A stretch of DNA of 64,000 nt from Octopus vulgaris (GCA_951406725.2 OX597814.1:113646001-113710000); one strand, 5' to 3'; counted from the first letter of the stretch, positions 27,680 through 41,030 are shown. Made by a program: numbers and translations. Notes: a model not told the origin generated them from the sequence alone.

Positions 27680-28170
27680 TACGGCTATTGTCCAACCATC
27701 TTGTTCTTGGTTTACCCCTAGGTCACCTATCGGTTGACTCGGCTTGAAGAATCTGTCTTGCGATTCTTACCTGCGACATTCTAATCCATAGTACTGGGGC
27801 TGTAACCTCAAAATACAGAGAAATAGTGGCTCAACTTGAAGAGCCAACCTGATCTCTGGGATCTGCATACTGTCGAGTAACATTGCTCCAGAGACCCCTC
27901 GAAGGAATCACGTTTCAGTTTCATGTAGTTGCTCTCGTACACGTTTGGTCATTTCTTGGCATTCATGACCATAAATGAGGCTAGACATGAAAACAGAAAT
28001 GAAAATAGCCATTTTGGCTTTTTTTTCCTTTTTTGTTTTGTATCAACCTCTGTGCTTCTGAGGATCGAACGCTGGAGCTGGTGCATTGCTGTGCGAAAAC
28101 TTTCAATACTAGCAGCGAATTCAAGCGCCTGTCTCTCACAGCCTGAGAATAAGGCCCTGGTCAAGTTTTA
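27680..28170 (-). mobile_element. Degenerate RTE-like LINE 3' fragment in a Tbx1 intron
   Basis: Minus-strand PRGKPRTRWLD and IESF...LQRSIL segments. Confidence 0.55.
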
Positions 28171-29210
28171 ATAAAATATATTCTATGGTGTTATTAAAAT
28201 ATAAACAGAATGATATCGTGCCAGGGCAACTGATAACAGGACAGCTCATATCAGACAACTCATACCTGGACAACTGATACCAGGTGTAAAGCGGTAAAAG
28301 ATTTAATTATGAAAGAAAAATCAAATAAGATTAAAATAACCGCACACCACACGTACACACTCACACGCACACATATACACACCACACATACCACACACAC
28401 GCACATACACATACACACACACAAATACACACCACGTACACGCACACACATACACACACGACACAGACAGACAAATGCACACCATACACACAAATACACT
28501 CACGCACACACAGACATATACGCACACACACATACACACACACCATATATACACACCACACATACTACACTCGCACACATGTACATATACACACACACAC
28601 TACACACGCAAGATTTCTTTCAAAATTCAATCTTTATCACTTTATACCTGTCAGGTATATCATTAGAACCAATGATATATATACATGCACACCTATACAG
28701 ACATATGTGCATGTATAGATGCGCATGCACGCATACACACGTATTAGGAAGAAAACGTGTGGCATCACTTTAAAATGATACCACATGTTTTGTTTGTTGA
28801 TTCTACATGGGCACATGATTGAAGAGATAGGATAGAATTTGTCAAAACAGAAGTTAAATTAGCTTGTTCGATTGAAATAACCTGTTTCCCCTCTTCAAAC
28901 AAGGGTCAACGATTTCTATGAAAGGAACAAAAACCAATATAGTTATAGATAGGGAACCATTTCTTTTACATCGACTGTTATTCACAAACAAATGTAACTA
29001 AACACCACAAGCCCTTCGCCCTCTGTTCGACGAGTTCTATCATCCCCAGCACCTCACTGAATTTAATAATTTAATATCGTAAACGTAACGTGAAGTAGTA
29101 GTGCTTTAATATTTATATCAAAATACCATTTTGATAAATATTTAAATTTTTACGGAGATGTACTTGCATAGCAAGTGACCTGATCTGAGATCGTGTGCTG
29201 AAACAAAAAC

Positions 29211-29486
29211 AATTACAGCGTGGAAGGTGTCTATAAACCATTAAACGACGCACAAAAACCGTTAGATTCACTTAAACATTTAAATTTAATTTGGCAAAAT
29301 ATTTTCGTTTCTTTGAAACTGCGACCTGTCCACTGACAAAATTTCGTACTCGGAATTTTGTCAGTGAACAGGTTGCGGTTTCAAAGCGACGAATATATTT
29401 TGGCAAATTAAATTTAAATGTTGAAGTGAATCTAAGGGATTTTGTGTGTTTTTAAATGGCTTATAAACACTTTCCATGCTGCAATT
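29211..29486. repeat. ~275-bp imperfect palindrome in a Tbx1 intron
   Basis: AATTACAGCGTGGAAGGTGT...CACTGACAAAATT pairs with AATTTTGTCAGTG...ACACTTTCCATGCTGCAATT; loop at about 29345-29352. Confidence 0.9.
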
Positions 29487-29541
29487 ATTTAAATTTTGTT
29501 TTTGATAGATGATGTAAACTAATACATTTGTTCTTTTATAG

Positions 29542-29609
29542 ATAACCCAATTAAAAATTGCTAGCAACCCATTTGCTAAAGGATTCCGAGACTGTGACCC
29601 AAACGACTC
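29542..29609 (+). CDS. TBX1: Tbx1 exon, end of T-box
   Basis: TTTTATAG acceptor and GTAAGT donor at 29610. The 68 nt exon encodes ITQLKIASNPFAKGFRDCDPND + TC (phase 2); KIASNPFAKGFRDCDP is characteristic of Tbx1/Tbx10. Confidence 0.95.
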
Positions 29610-30011
29610 GTAAGTATTTCGTTGTAATAAGTTCTACAAACCTCATTTGTTGAAATGACTATTGACGTTTTATTGGGGTTAAATATGAAGATATGTGTTA
29701 AGAGGCATATTTGTGTATTTGGTAAGACTAATCTTTGTCTTTCTCCCTTTCTCTCTCTAACAATCTATTTCATCTATCTTAAACATCTTATCTATCTACC
29801 CTACATAACCTACTACCTAACTGCCCACGTACATACACACATACACGCATACATACATACTTACTTACACACCTATTTACCTGTCTGTCTATCTACCTAC
29901 TTTTGGTGCTGGTTCTATCAGTCATCCTCTTTTTCTTACATATATGTTGCATGCATGCATACATACATACTCACATATAAGCACAGACGTGGTTGTGTGG
30001 TAAGAAGCTTG

Positions 30012-30072
30012 TCCATGTCCAACCCACAAGCTTCTTTCTGTGTACTACCCTTGTGGCAAATTATATGAAATA
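30012..30072 (+). mobile_element. 61-bp 5'-truncated Tx1-like 3' tail inserted in a SINE head
   Basis: Flanked by AAGAAGCTTG direct repeats (30002-30011 and 30073-30082). It ends CCCTTGTGGCAAATTATATGAAATA, nearly identical to the 3' end of the 38159-40205 element. Confidence 0.85.
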
Positions 30073-30279
30073 AAGAAGCTTGCTTCCCAACCACATGGTT
30101 CCAGGTCCAGTCCTACTGCGTGGCACCTTGGTCGAGTCGACCAAAGCCTTGTGAGTGGATTTAGCCGACGGAAACTTAAAGAAGCCCATTATATACGAAG
30201 CGGGTGCTGAAAAGTTCCTGGCTTTAAGTGTATCACGAAAGGCCTGATTGGGGGCCCAAAATTTCAAGTTCTTTTACAA

Positions 30280-31077
30280 GATGGGCTACAGTAAATATTC
30301 TGCTCAATAACACAGATTTTTTGTCATTTATTTGGTCTTAAACCATTTGAGCATATCTCTTAGTGGCTGACGATATGTGCATCTCTGATCACATGTAGGA
30401 GTAGTGGGAGAATATCATGCCATCTTTTGAAAAGAATTCTTTGGAGTTTAAATAATTCATTTCCGGAAACGTGGGTATTCCGTTCAACATCCTTAAATAA
30501 TTATTATTCAGGGATCTTTTCAGTGAGATGGGCTACTCGACCTGAAGAAAATTCTAATTGGGTCCCATCTACAAGGTCATGTGCTGTTTATCTTGACACG
30601 AGATCACCATGTCGTGCACGTATGATTGCGATGTACGTGCTTGGTATATTCATCAGACGGGTAGTCATGATCAGTATACTGGGCTTCGTATATTTGTATC
30701 CCAGTGTCACTTTGATGGCATGCACTGCTCTTTCACTCAACAACAACAACAACAACAATAATAAGAATGATAGCAAAAGGGGCTGATTCCTACCTAGCTC
30801 AGATCCCAGGAAACCCCAAAATGGCAGAAATTCAAAAGATAGTGCACATGAGGACTACCCATATCCTACGTAAGATACTGCCTATGAAATCTCAAAATTT
30901 AAAACAAACTTAATTTTCTTATGATTTCTTAAACATTCTCTAGAAAAATACTTTGTGCAAAACGAAATATATGACAACCTAGGCAAAACACCAACTTGAA
31001 CTTATAACTTGTTGTCTCTTGAGGTCTCTGGGTGAGACTTGGAGTCAACTTGTACAAATACAAAGCAAAAGTCAAAC

Positions 31078-31125
<48 letters not shown>
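30280..31125 (+). mobile_element. Two stacked retroelement 3' ends (families A and B) in AAT/AAC repeats
   Basis: Family A ends CTGCTCT(C)TCACTC(AAT)n. Family B matches 47320-47635 and ends AAAGCAAAAGTCAAACAT(AAT)n. Confidence 0.8.
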
Positions 31126-31128
<3 letters not shown>

Positions 31129-31172
31129 CAGCAACAATCGTTATAATAATAATTTTGCTTTTAATATTTCAG

Positions 31173-31270
31173 AGTTGTCGAAGTGTTGAACAATATAACA
31201 ACAGGGAACAGGAAACGAAATCATCACAGACCAAGTTCTCTCTCCTTAAAATTATTCAAAGAAGACAAAG
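31173..31270 (+). CDS. TBX1: Tbx1 linker exon (predicted)
   Basis: TTTCAG acceptor and AG|GTAT donor. The 98 nt exon (1+32 codons+1) reads (S)VVEVLNNITTGNRKRNHHRPSSLSLKLFKEDK(D). It converts phase 2 of the previous exon into the phase 1 needed by the last exon; direct joining gives an early TAG. Confidence 0.8.
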
Positions 31271-33344
31271 GTATATATTCTAATTATACATGAGGCGAAA
31301 GAAAAAATTATCTCATTGTGTATTTGTCCTGCTGGGCGTGTCTTGTTTCGCTTGAGTTAATTGAGTGACAGTTGATTATTATAATTAATGCCAACATATA
31401 TATAATGAGAATATATTCATTACGTTGTTGTTCTTTAATCTGTTATTGGTTGCAAAGCAGAGGGACAGCGGTGACAATGCTCTCCGAATCATGACTATGT
31501 CGTCAATATGATTCCATCTCGCACTCATGGTTTTGGTGATTAGTTACTCTTTTACTTGTTTCAGTCATTTGGCCATGCTGGAGCACCGCTTTAGTCAAGT
31601 AAATCGACCCCAGAACTTATTCTTTGTAAGCCTAGTACTTATTCTATCGGTCTCTTTTGCCGAACCGCTAAGTTACGGGACGTAAACACACCAGCATCGA
31701 TTGTCAAGCGATGTTGGGGGGGACAAACACAAACACACAAGCATATATACACACACACACACACACACATACATATATACGACGGGCTTCTTTCAGTTTC
31801 CGTCTACCAAATCTACTCACAAGGCTTTGGTCGGCCCGAGGCTATAGTAGAAGACACTTGCCCAAGGTGCCACAAAGTGGGACTGAACCCGGAACCATGT
31901 GGTTGGTAAGCAAGCTACTTACCACACAGCCACTCCTAGTTCTCAACCATTTTTTACCTATGACCTCCTTTCATTACTACTTTACTCTGGTCGACCCTCA
32001 TTGTCATTCAATGTATAAAAACTAATTTTAAAGGCGCTTCTTTCAAAATTGCGATTTTGTTTTTCACATAGTTGTCGGAGGTTGAACTATGTAAAACGCA
32101 AGAGAAAGAAACCCAGCAGCTTCTTGCAATAAACACATCTTTCATCTTTTGTCTCTTGCTTGTTTCAGTCATTGGACTGTGGCCATGCTGGGGCACCGCC
32201 TTGAAGAATTTTTAGTCGAATGAACCGATCCCAGTACAACTTAGTTTTAAAGCCTGGCACTTATTCTTATTTCTTTACTACCCACACGGGGCTAAACACA
32301 GGGGGGCAAACAAGGATATACAAAGGGATTAAGTCGATTACATCGACCCCAGTGCGTAACTGGTACTTAATTTATCGACCCCGAAAGGATGAAAGGCAAA
32401 GTCGACCTCGGCGGAATTTGAACTCAGAACGTAACAGCAGACGAAATACCGCTAAGCATTTCCCCCGGCGTGCTAACGTTTCTGCCAGCTCGCCGCCTTG
32501 GTATTTAGAATAAGCCTGGTACTTATTCTATCGGTCTCTCTTATCGAACCGCTATTTTACGGGGACGTAAACGCACCAACACTGGTTTCCTAAGATTTTA
32601 TATTTCAGGCGATTCAAGAATTTCTTTATTTACATCATTTGATGTTGCTCCAGCAGAGGCAGAACCGTTGTATTTTATATTAACTAAATAAGCAGCAACA
32701 TATTTTTTTGTATAACTCGTGTAACAATTCTGGATACTTTGAAAGTAAATAATTTAAACTTTGGCTATCAGCATTTTGTAGAAACCAAAGTGACATAAAA
32801 AAAGTCTTAAAATAAAGCTTTTTAAATCCTTCCACAAAAACATGTGAAATTCTCTCGTAGTAATTATTGTAGTCTTGTGTGTTCTAAGCCAACATGCACT
32901 TTTAAGTGGGGAGAATTTTTACCTTTTAGTATTAACACTACCTTTGTTGCTTTAATCATTTTTTGATGAGCTCACTGGCTTTTATTGACACCAGTGACAG
33001 CTTGGGCTCTGTGCGTCTATGCATGTCACTAGCTGTATGCTTACGGCAATTTATAGCAGTTGGGTAGCTACCATTGACGTGGTCAAAGAAGGTCGACACC
33101 TCGTGATCATGGCAGATCTAGGTAGCGGGGATGACCGTGATTGTCTCCTGCTAGCGGTGTAAACAACTGTGTTCATATACATCACAAAACCATGCATAGT
33201 AAATCTCGAGTATTGCGTGTTCCAAGATGGCTTCCACTTTTTAAGTAGTGATAAATTTTACATTTTGCTTTTAATACTGCTTCTGTCGCTTTAATTATTT
33301 TTTAACTTCTATTTATAGCAATTCTATTTTATTTCTATTTTCAG

Positions 33345-33661
33345 ACTATCTCGAAAAAGATCCTAGTAATGCACAGTTGTCACGTGTCATAAGTCCAAAT
33401 TTACCAGGAGGAATAAATTTGCCACTTTCTCGTGGTGTGGAGCCGCCACGAACCCCACAAGGATACTCGGATGGTTACAGCTACAATCCTTACAGTCCAG
33501 CCTCGTATATGCAGCCAGCCAAAGTCAGACCAAGTCCTTATGCTCGAGAAATGGATTATGCTTCATACCACTCGCGGGTCAAAGGCTTTTACTCACGTGC
33601 AAACACATTCAGGACACAAATGCGTGATCCAATGACGTGGAGTACACAGCCAATGACGTGA
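33345..33661 (+). CDS. TBX1: Tbx1 terminal coding exon
   Basis: Long polypyrimidine tract plus TTTTCAG acceptor. Reads (D)YLEKDPSNAQLSRVISP...AKVRPSPY...MTWSTQPMT*; P/S/Y-rich, with RPSPY resembling the Tbx1 C-terminal RPAPY motif. Confidence 0.85.
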
Positions 33662-33703
33662 AGTACACATCTAATGACGTGGAGTACACAGCTGATGATG
33701 TGA
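33631..33703 (+). repeat. 21-bp tandem repeat (about 3.5 copies) spanning the Tbx1 stop codon
   Basis: AATGACGTGGAGTACACAGCC / AATGACGTGAAGTACACATCT / AATGACGTGGAGTACACAGCT / GATGATGTGA. Confidence 0.9.
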
Positions 33704-33745
33704 GCGAGATGGTTCTTTTTTATCACTCACAAGTCATAGTCTGCA

Positions 33746-33778
<33 letters not shown>

Positions 33779-34720
33779 GGAAAAAAGAGACATAATTATG
33801 ATGCTTCATTTTTTTTCTTTTTCATCTTTGCCGCTATATTATGTTTTCGTCAGTAATTTTTTTTATAGATCTTCAATAAAAAACATACAAAACAGAATTT
33901 CCAACATACAATGCAGCAACAGCTATAAAGATATACATACATACAGTGTTTTCAACTCTCTCAGTTACAGTCAGAGATTTTTTTTTCGGTGGTACATAGA
34001 CTGCAATAAAACGAAAATATTCTGCACTTAAAACGTTAACTATGTGACTAAGAAGACGTTTCTTTCATAGTTAACTTACAATAGAAGAGAGAATACGAAT
34101 GGCTTCCACACACATTGCAAACATCGTTCTCAAACTCATTTACAAATCAATACGTATATTTCATAACAATAATAATAACAATAATAATGAACAATAAAAC
34201 AATGACAATAAAACACTGGACGAAATTAATCACCGAATCTAAGCCATTTAATGAGTGTGGGGTAACTTCAACGAGAGATTTACTATCTAGAGCATTGCAA
34301 GGAAAAAGTTTGAATGAGTTGAGGATGTTGTACAAGGAACATTAAAAAGATAATGAAACGTAAATGAACTATAAGGTTATTTTCAAATTAATATAGTGTT
34401 GAAAAATGATGTCTTCAGAGTGACCTTCTTTGAAACCATTTAATATAGAAACAACTAAACAACAAAAAGATAGCTGAAAGACAAATATGATAAAAGTTTC
34501 AAGAACCACCGACAGACATATTTTGCGAGTTATGGTTGCAATGTTGCGTTTTACATTATACTTTTATCATTATTTTTATTTTATTTCATTTTTTTATAGA
34601 TATTTCTTTTTAAACATTGTATTTTTTTGTCTTTTGTAACCGCATCTTCAACACTTAACTGAAAATCACCGAGACGCTTACATTAAATCGCTGAAATGAA
34701 TAAAAAAACATTATTATAAA
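33662..34720 (+). other. Probable Tbx1 3' UTR with candidate polyadenylation signals
   Basis: Repeat-poor AU-rich sequence after the stop, with AATAAA at 33875, 34005 and 34699; the true end is unknown. Confidence 0.5.
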
Positions 34721-34840
34721 GTCACGGAAATAATTAATACACATGAAACTTTCAAAATACAAGGAAACTTCATTTATTTATTGGTTGTACTACATCATAT
34801 TTACTAAATCAACACTTCTTAGATTTGATGCCTGGTTTAT

Positions 34841-34886
<46 letters not shown>

Positions 34887-37800
34887 TAGGTATGAATGGA
34901 TGTATATACATGATGAAAGCGAGTGTGTGTGTGTGTGCGTGTATGCATAAATGTATGTATATTTCATATGCAAAAGAGGCTTTTCTTTAACAAACTCGAA
35001 CAGCACTCTATCAACACCATTACAAATTTCAGCCTCAGCAGAAAATATCAGAAATGATTCTTTGCCGAGAAATTATGGAATGTGTTGTTATCAACAAGAA
35101 GTGAAAGAAATAAAGAATTTATTCTTAATTCTACTTTATTTTAATTTTATTATTATTTGTTGTTAATTTTTCTTTCATCATTTTTCTTGTCACATTTTCT
35201 GGCTTTTAAATCACCCTCATCGTCATCTGTATATCATTTTAATGTCCGCTTTTCAATGCTTGCATCGTGTTCAAACAGAATTCATTGATGCAGATTTTCT
35301 GCGATCAGATGTCCTTCCCGTCGTCAACCCTCACACGTTTCCAAACAAGGCATAATGTTCCACATAACCAGACATGCTTTTACAGGACATTGATATTGAA
35401 TTACAACATGTGTCATTACGTTTGTTTACAACCACCATGGTGTCAGGGCAAAGAAGCGTGCACATGCATGCACACACAATATATATATAAACACACATAT
35501 AATATATGTATATATATATATACACCCACACACACCTGACAGGGTTCTTTCATTTTGTTTGTCACAGCCATCCATAACACTTTTGTCAGCCGTAGCTATA
35601 GTTAAGAAGGCCTGGCCCAAGTTGCTACGCAGTGGAACTAAACCTGAAGCATTGTGGTTGGGAAGCTTACTATACAGTTAAGATATAAAATATACTTACA
35701 TAAACATTTTAATAAATGAAATATTTATAAAATGTATATAATATCCATATAATATAATATAATATAATATAATATAATATAATATATATATATATATATT
35801 TAATACTCTGCTCTATTTATTTATGCTCATTTACAGCTGGGTTCACATCTCAATATGGTTGGCTCTCTTAAGAATTGTGGGTGGGTGATTTGTATATAAT
35901 GCTGTCGAATTTGGTAAAGATCACTGCTCTTGTATTTGCAAAATTTGCAGATTCTTAAGGATTGTGCATATGGGGGTTCTTTTCAGCTATATTTAAGTTG
36001 CATATTTTGATCTCGTAAATGACCGTCATTGCATGAGGATCTTTCTTTTGATGTCAAAATCTGTTACATGTTCTTTCAAATTCCTGATGTGTTCAGACAA
36101 TGTTGTATCCCTCATTTCTGCATATCTGAAGGAAGAAGCATAATTAAAGTAATGTTTAAATTTGATCATATATACGAGGTATGTATTTACCTAATCTATG
36201 TGAATTTTTTTCAGTTTTACATTCTTTACATATTGGTTTACATTTAAGGTTTTTTAATGTTGTGATTGCAGCTACAACTTAATTTTAAGCTGCTTCTGTT
36301 AAATAGTTTCCGACTGCTGCGGTTAATCGCCTTCAACATGTGTTCATATATAGAGGACTGATCATACAACTGGAGTTATTTTTTGTGGGATCTATGTGAA
36401 GTTGACCACATTTAAGCTAGTTTACACATTTTGAAGTTTTGCTAAATGTTATTAGTTCATCTTTGACTATTATTATTATTATTATTATGAAGGCGGCGAG
36501 CTGGCAGAAACGTTGGCACGCCGGGCGAAATGCTTAGCGATATTTCGTCTGCCGCTACGTTCTGAGTTCAAATTCTACCGGGGTCGACTTTGCCTTTCAT
36601 CCTTTTGGGGTCGATGAAATAAGTACCAGTTACGCACTGAGGTCGTTGTAATCGACTAACCCCCTCCCCCATAAAATTTTTTGAGGCCTTGTGCTTAGAG
36701 TAGAAATAATAATAATAATTATTATTATTATCGTCATCATCATCGTCATCATTTAACGCCCATCTCTCGAGCTGGCAAGTGTTCAATGGTTTGACCGGAG
36801 CTGGCAAACCAGAGGACTACGCCAAGCTCCACTACCTTCTTTGGCAAGGTTTTTTTTTTTTTAATGGCTGGACGCCCTTCTTAGCACCGGCCACTTTAGA
36901 GAGTGGATTAGGTTCTTTTAAAATTTTTGTAGCGACAGTCAATTAGCAAATATTTATCTATTAAAACTTGAAAGTTTTAGCAATATTTGATTTACGGGAC
37001 GCAAGCTACAGAATGTTACAGTGCATTGGACAGCAACGTGTTGGTGATAAAATAAACCTTGGATCAACTAGCTTCTCATATTATAATGGAGAGGAGTGCC
37101 ATACCAAAAATTTCTTTATTCATGACTCTGTGGTAAGAAGTTTGCTTCTCAACCACATAGTTCCTGGTTCAGTCCCACTGCGTGGCACCTTAGGCAAATG
37201 TCTTCTACTATGGCCTCCGACCGACTAAAGCCTTGTGAATGGTTGACGGAGACTGAAAGAATTCCGTCATATATATATATGTATATATATGTATGTGTCT
37301 GTGTCTGTGTTCGTCTTCCATCACCGCTTAACAACCGCTGTTGGTATATCTACGGCCTCATAACTTATTGGTTCGACAAAAAGAATCCGATAGAATAAGT
37401 ATCTGGCTTTAAAAAATTACTACCGGGGTCAATTCGGTCGTCTAAAATTCTTCAAGGCGGTGGTCCATTATGGCCTCAGTCAAATGATTGACACAAGTAA
37501 AGAATAAAGACAAGTTTAACAGACGGTAGATTATTTAACTAATGTTATTAATCAAGTTTTTGAAAGTATGAGCAGAATGCAGAAGTCTGTATTAATGTAT
37601 GTGGGCATTTCTATGACTTTTCTATAAGATTGTATTTGTTAAATTTAGTAGAAAACTACCCAGCCAAAAGAATCTATAACCACTGTAATCTGGACAGTGT
37701 CATCTGATATTTTTTTAGAAATCAAATAGAATCTTTATTGAAAAGCAGAGTGGTTCCAGGTTCCATAATGATATACTCTTACTCTTATACTCTTATACTT

Positions 37801-38158
37801 GTTTCAGTCATTTGACTGCGGCCATGCTGGAGCACCGCCTTTAGTCGAGCAAATCGACCCCGGGACTTATTCTTTGTAAGCCCAGTACTTATTCTATCGG
37901 TCTCTTTTGCCGAACCGCTAAGTAACGGGGACATAAGCACACCAGCATCGGTTGTCAAGCAATGCTAGGGGGACAAACACAAACACACACACACACATAC
38001 ATATATATACATATATACGACAGGCTTCTTTCAGTTTCCGTCTACCAAATCCACTCACAAGGCATTGGTCGGCCCGGGGCTATAGCAGAAGACACTTGCC
38101 CAAGATGCCACGCAGTAGGACTGAACCCGGAACCATGTGGTTGGTTAGCAAGCTACTT

Positions 38159-40205
38159 TATTTCATCTAATTTGCCACAAGGGCAGCACAAAGAGTAGTT
38201 ACAGGCTGGACAAGGACATTAATGGATGATGGTGGTGATTGATGAATATGGTGATGGGAGAAGTCAGAAAGCGCCCGCCGACTTTTGCTTCTCTAAAACA
38301 ATGTTCTTTTTTTCCAATATTTTACAAAATTTCAAAAATTACAAAAATTTCAAAAAATTCCAAAAAATTTTCACAAAAATTTCAATTAACAATTTACACT
38401 TTTAAAAGAAGTCTCTTCAGAGGCAATAAACCTCTGTCACAATGTAACACAATTACAATTTTACGTTACCTGACCGATGAACTCTCTTGCTTTAATGACG
38501 CAATCGTCCATCGTCAGGCTTCCGCATACAGGTATGACTTGCAAGAGATCCTCCGGGAAAGAATTCTCGATCCTGCACATATCATTTTCGAGTAGGACCT
38601 CCGCAGCCAGCTGCGAAGGCCACTCGGGATACTCCATGCAGGACCGAAGTCCCTCCCATTCGTTTCTCTTCCTCCTCTTACGTATTTCATTTTCTATAGT
38701 GCCTCCTTTATGGAAGAGGACTACATAGAATTTCTCTGGCATCACAATCGCCGGAGGACACATGGGAGACGCCCTCTGGGTGTTACAGTCCGCTGGTGGC
38801 GTCCCGTTCCTCTTTTTCTTTTTCTTTTTACGCTGGGCCTCGGGAGGTTGAGGTTCCGGTGCTATACGCACCGGGTCCTCTTTTTCTTCCGCAGCCTCCG
38901 GTTCCTTTTGTGGGTCGCCATTGCTCCCCACTCTTCTTTTTCTTTTGGAGGAGGATTTTTCCCCCTCCTCACTTTGTTTCTCTCCCTCCATTGGTGTGGC
39001 AGGGAGAGGCTCTGATATTAACTTCTCCAGGATCCTACTCTGGTTCCTGGGGCAGTTTTTCTTAATGTGGCCGGTCTCCGAACACAGGTGACACTTGGGG
39101 CGCGTCCCTCAAGCATCACCGGATACTTGGACCCGGCCATCTTCAGGAAGTCCGGCAAAACCAGACTCTTGGCCGACTGGGTCCACAGAGTCAAAGTAGC
39201 CTTTCCTCCTTCCCAGTTAGCCGCAGGCTGCATTCTCACGTTTAGGATCTTGGCGCTACCACCACTCAGACCCCGGCGGATGGAATCTTCCACCCACTCG
39301 GGCTCAAAGCCGGGCGGCAGGCCGCAGACCCATAAACGTATCAATTTTTCCCCTTATAGCTTGGGAGAAACAGAATCTCTTCGCCCTCAATGGGCTTACT
39401 CGCGAAATCGCAAGCTGCTTTAGGAGAGTCAAACAGCAACCAAATCGTTGCGTATTTGGCTCCCCGTTGAATATGTTTAACGGCTGGCATATAGTCTGCC
39501 AGCTCGTTCATAATTGTGTCTTTCGGAAAGACCATTATGGTGTCGAGAGACTTCGAATATGTCCTCAGCACCACTGTCTTTTCCTCAAGTTCGTTCAAAT
39601 ATTTTTTGGGAGGTGTTAATTCCCACACTGTGAAATTCCTTGCCATAACGTAAGAAAAACAGTTCAAAATGTTACAAAATGAATTAGACACAGAAAGGAG
39701 AATGAAAAAAGCAACAGAAGGGAAGAAATAAAATTAAAATGGCAGTTCAAAGAAAGTTTTTTACAAATGAATGATAGGCAGAGAAAGAGAGTTCAAATTC
39801 AGACAAGGAATTAATTTTTCTTTTTTTTGTTCACTTTTTCGGCCAACAATTGTATTCCAAGCCAAGTATATGGTTGGTACAACACCTTGGTAAATAATCC
39901 TTGGTAAATCCGTAGATAACACAACGACAATTTCAAAGATAATTTTTGTAGACGGACTACGCCGCCTCAAAAACACAATTTTCTTCACACCCGACAACAG
40001 GCAGAAAAATTATATCTGGAGCAAAGTGGAGCCTTATTATCTGCTAAAAAATATTTAATGCTAAAATACATTAATGCAAGTAATAAAACTTCACTTCGCT
40101 CGCAAAAATACAAAATTCCTACCTTTAGTCGAGTCGAAAGTTCAAAAATTCACGTTGAAACAACGTCAATCGGAGCAGCAAAATAACACGTCCGAACAGT
40201 TCAGA
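38159..40205 (-). mobile_element. ORF1-only L1/Tx1-like non-LTR retroelement (~2.05 kb) with ~16-bp TSD inside a SINE
   Basis: TSD GGTTAGCAAGCTACTT (38143-38158) / GGTTAGCAAAGCTACTT (40206-40222); the SINE resumes ACCACACAGCCACTCCTG. The element has a ~560-bp 5' UTR, one frameshifted ORF and a ~300-bp 3' UTR ending GAAATAAA. Confidence 0.85.
38461..39646 (-). pseudogene. ORF1p (RRM-like region + CCHC zinc knuckle + K/E-rich low-complexity region), two frameshifts
   Basis: Joins ORFs 39341-39691, 39018-39344 and 38461-38991. IRLWVCGLPPGF is RRM-like. The alternative frame at about 39052-39093 reads CHLCSETGHIKKNC (CX2CX4HX4C) and continues into MEGEKQSEEG. Confidence 0.8.
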
Positions 40206-40725
40206 GGTTAGCAAAGCTACTTACCACACAGCCACTCCTGTGTCATATATTTATAAAACTTTCCAAATTACGCCGAGGTCGAATTTACTTTCCGGGGTTG
40301 ATAAAATAAGTACCAGTTGTGCACTGGGGTCGATATAATCAACTTACCCCTCGCCTGGATTTGCTAGATTTGTGCCAAAATTTGGAACCAATATTTTTTA
40401 ACCGCGTAATGCCTTTTATTGTAATGCCTTTATGTACTGTTGTTATTCTATTGCTTGTGGTATGTTGAATTCTTAGTAATACTGTTATTCGATGGCAGAT
40501 TTTCTAACCAATTGATAGATCTGTCTTGGGAGGATCATTACGCCAATGATAAAAATACACGCACTGGTTCGATTTCGCTTCTTCATTGTTAGTCAATCGG
40601 TTAAATATATAACCGACTAACTCATCGATCATTTGTTAGTTTAATGAGCTGGTTAAAAAAATCAATCGGTTGTTTGGCAATATAGTTTTCATTACGAATT
40701 GCGACTTTTTCAGTGACCTGTCATC

Positions 40726-40756
<31 letters not shown>

Positions 40757-40992
40757 TCAAGGTCGTTTGCAAAATAAATAGAAAAATGATCGATCTGTAT
40801 TTGCGGGATTAATGCCTCTGCATTTAGGATTATAGGTATTGCTCTCCTTATGGTCCTTAAGGGGACTATACAGTTCGCTTTTAATTAAATGTGCTAATCT
40901 ATTGTCTAATTTAATCTGTACGTGTTGCCTTCATAATAGTGCGATATAATCTGATGTAGTTAAGTGTTACCGTTACAGTAAGTTGTCTAGTA

Positions 40993-41030
<38 letters not shown>

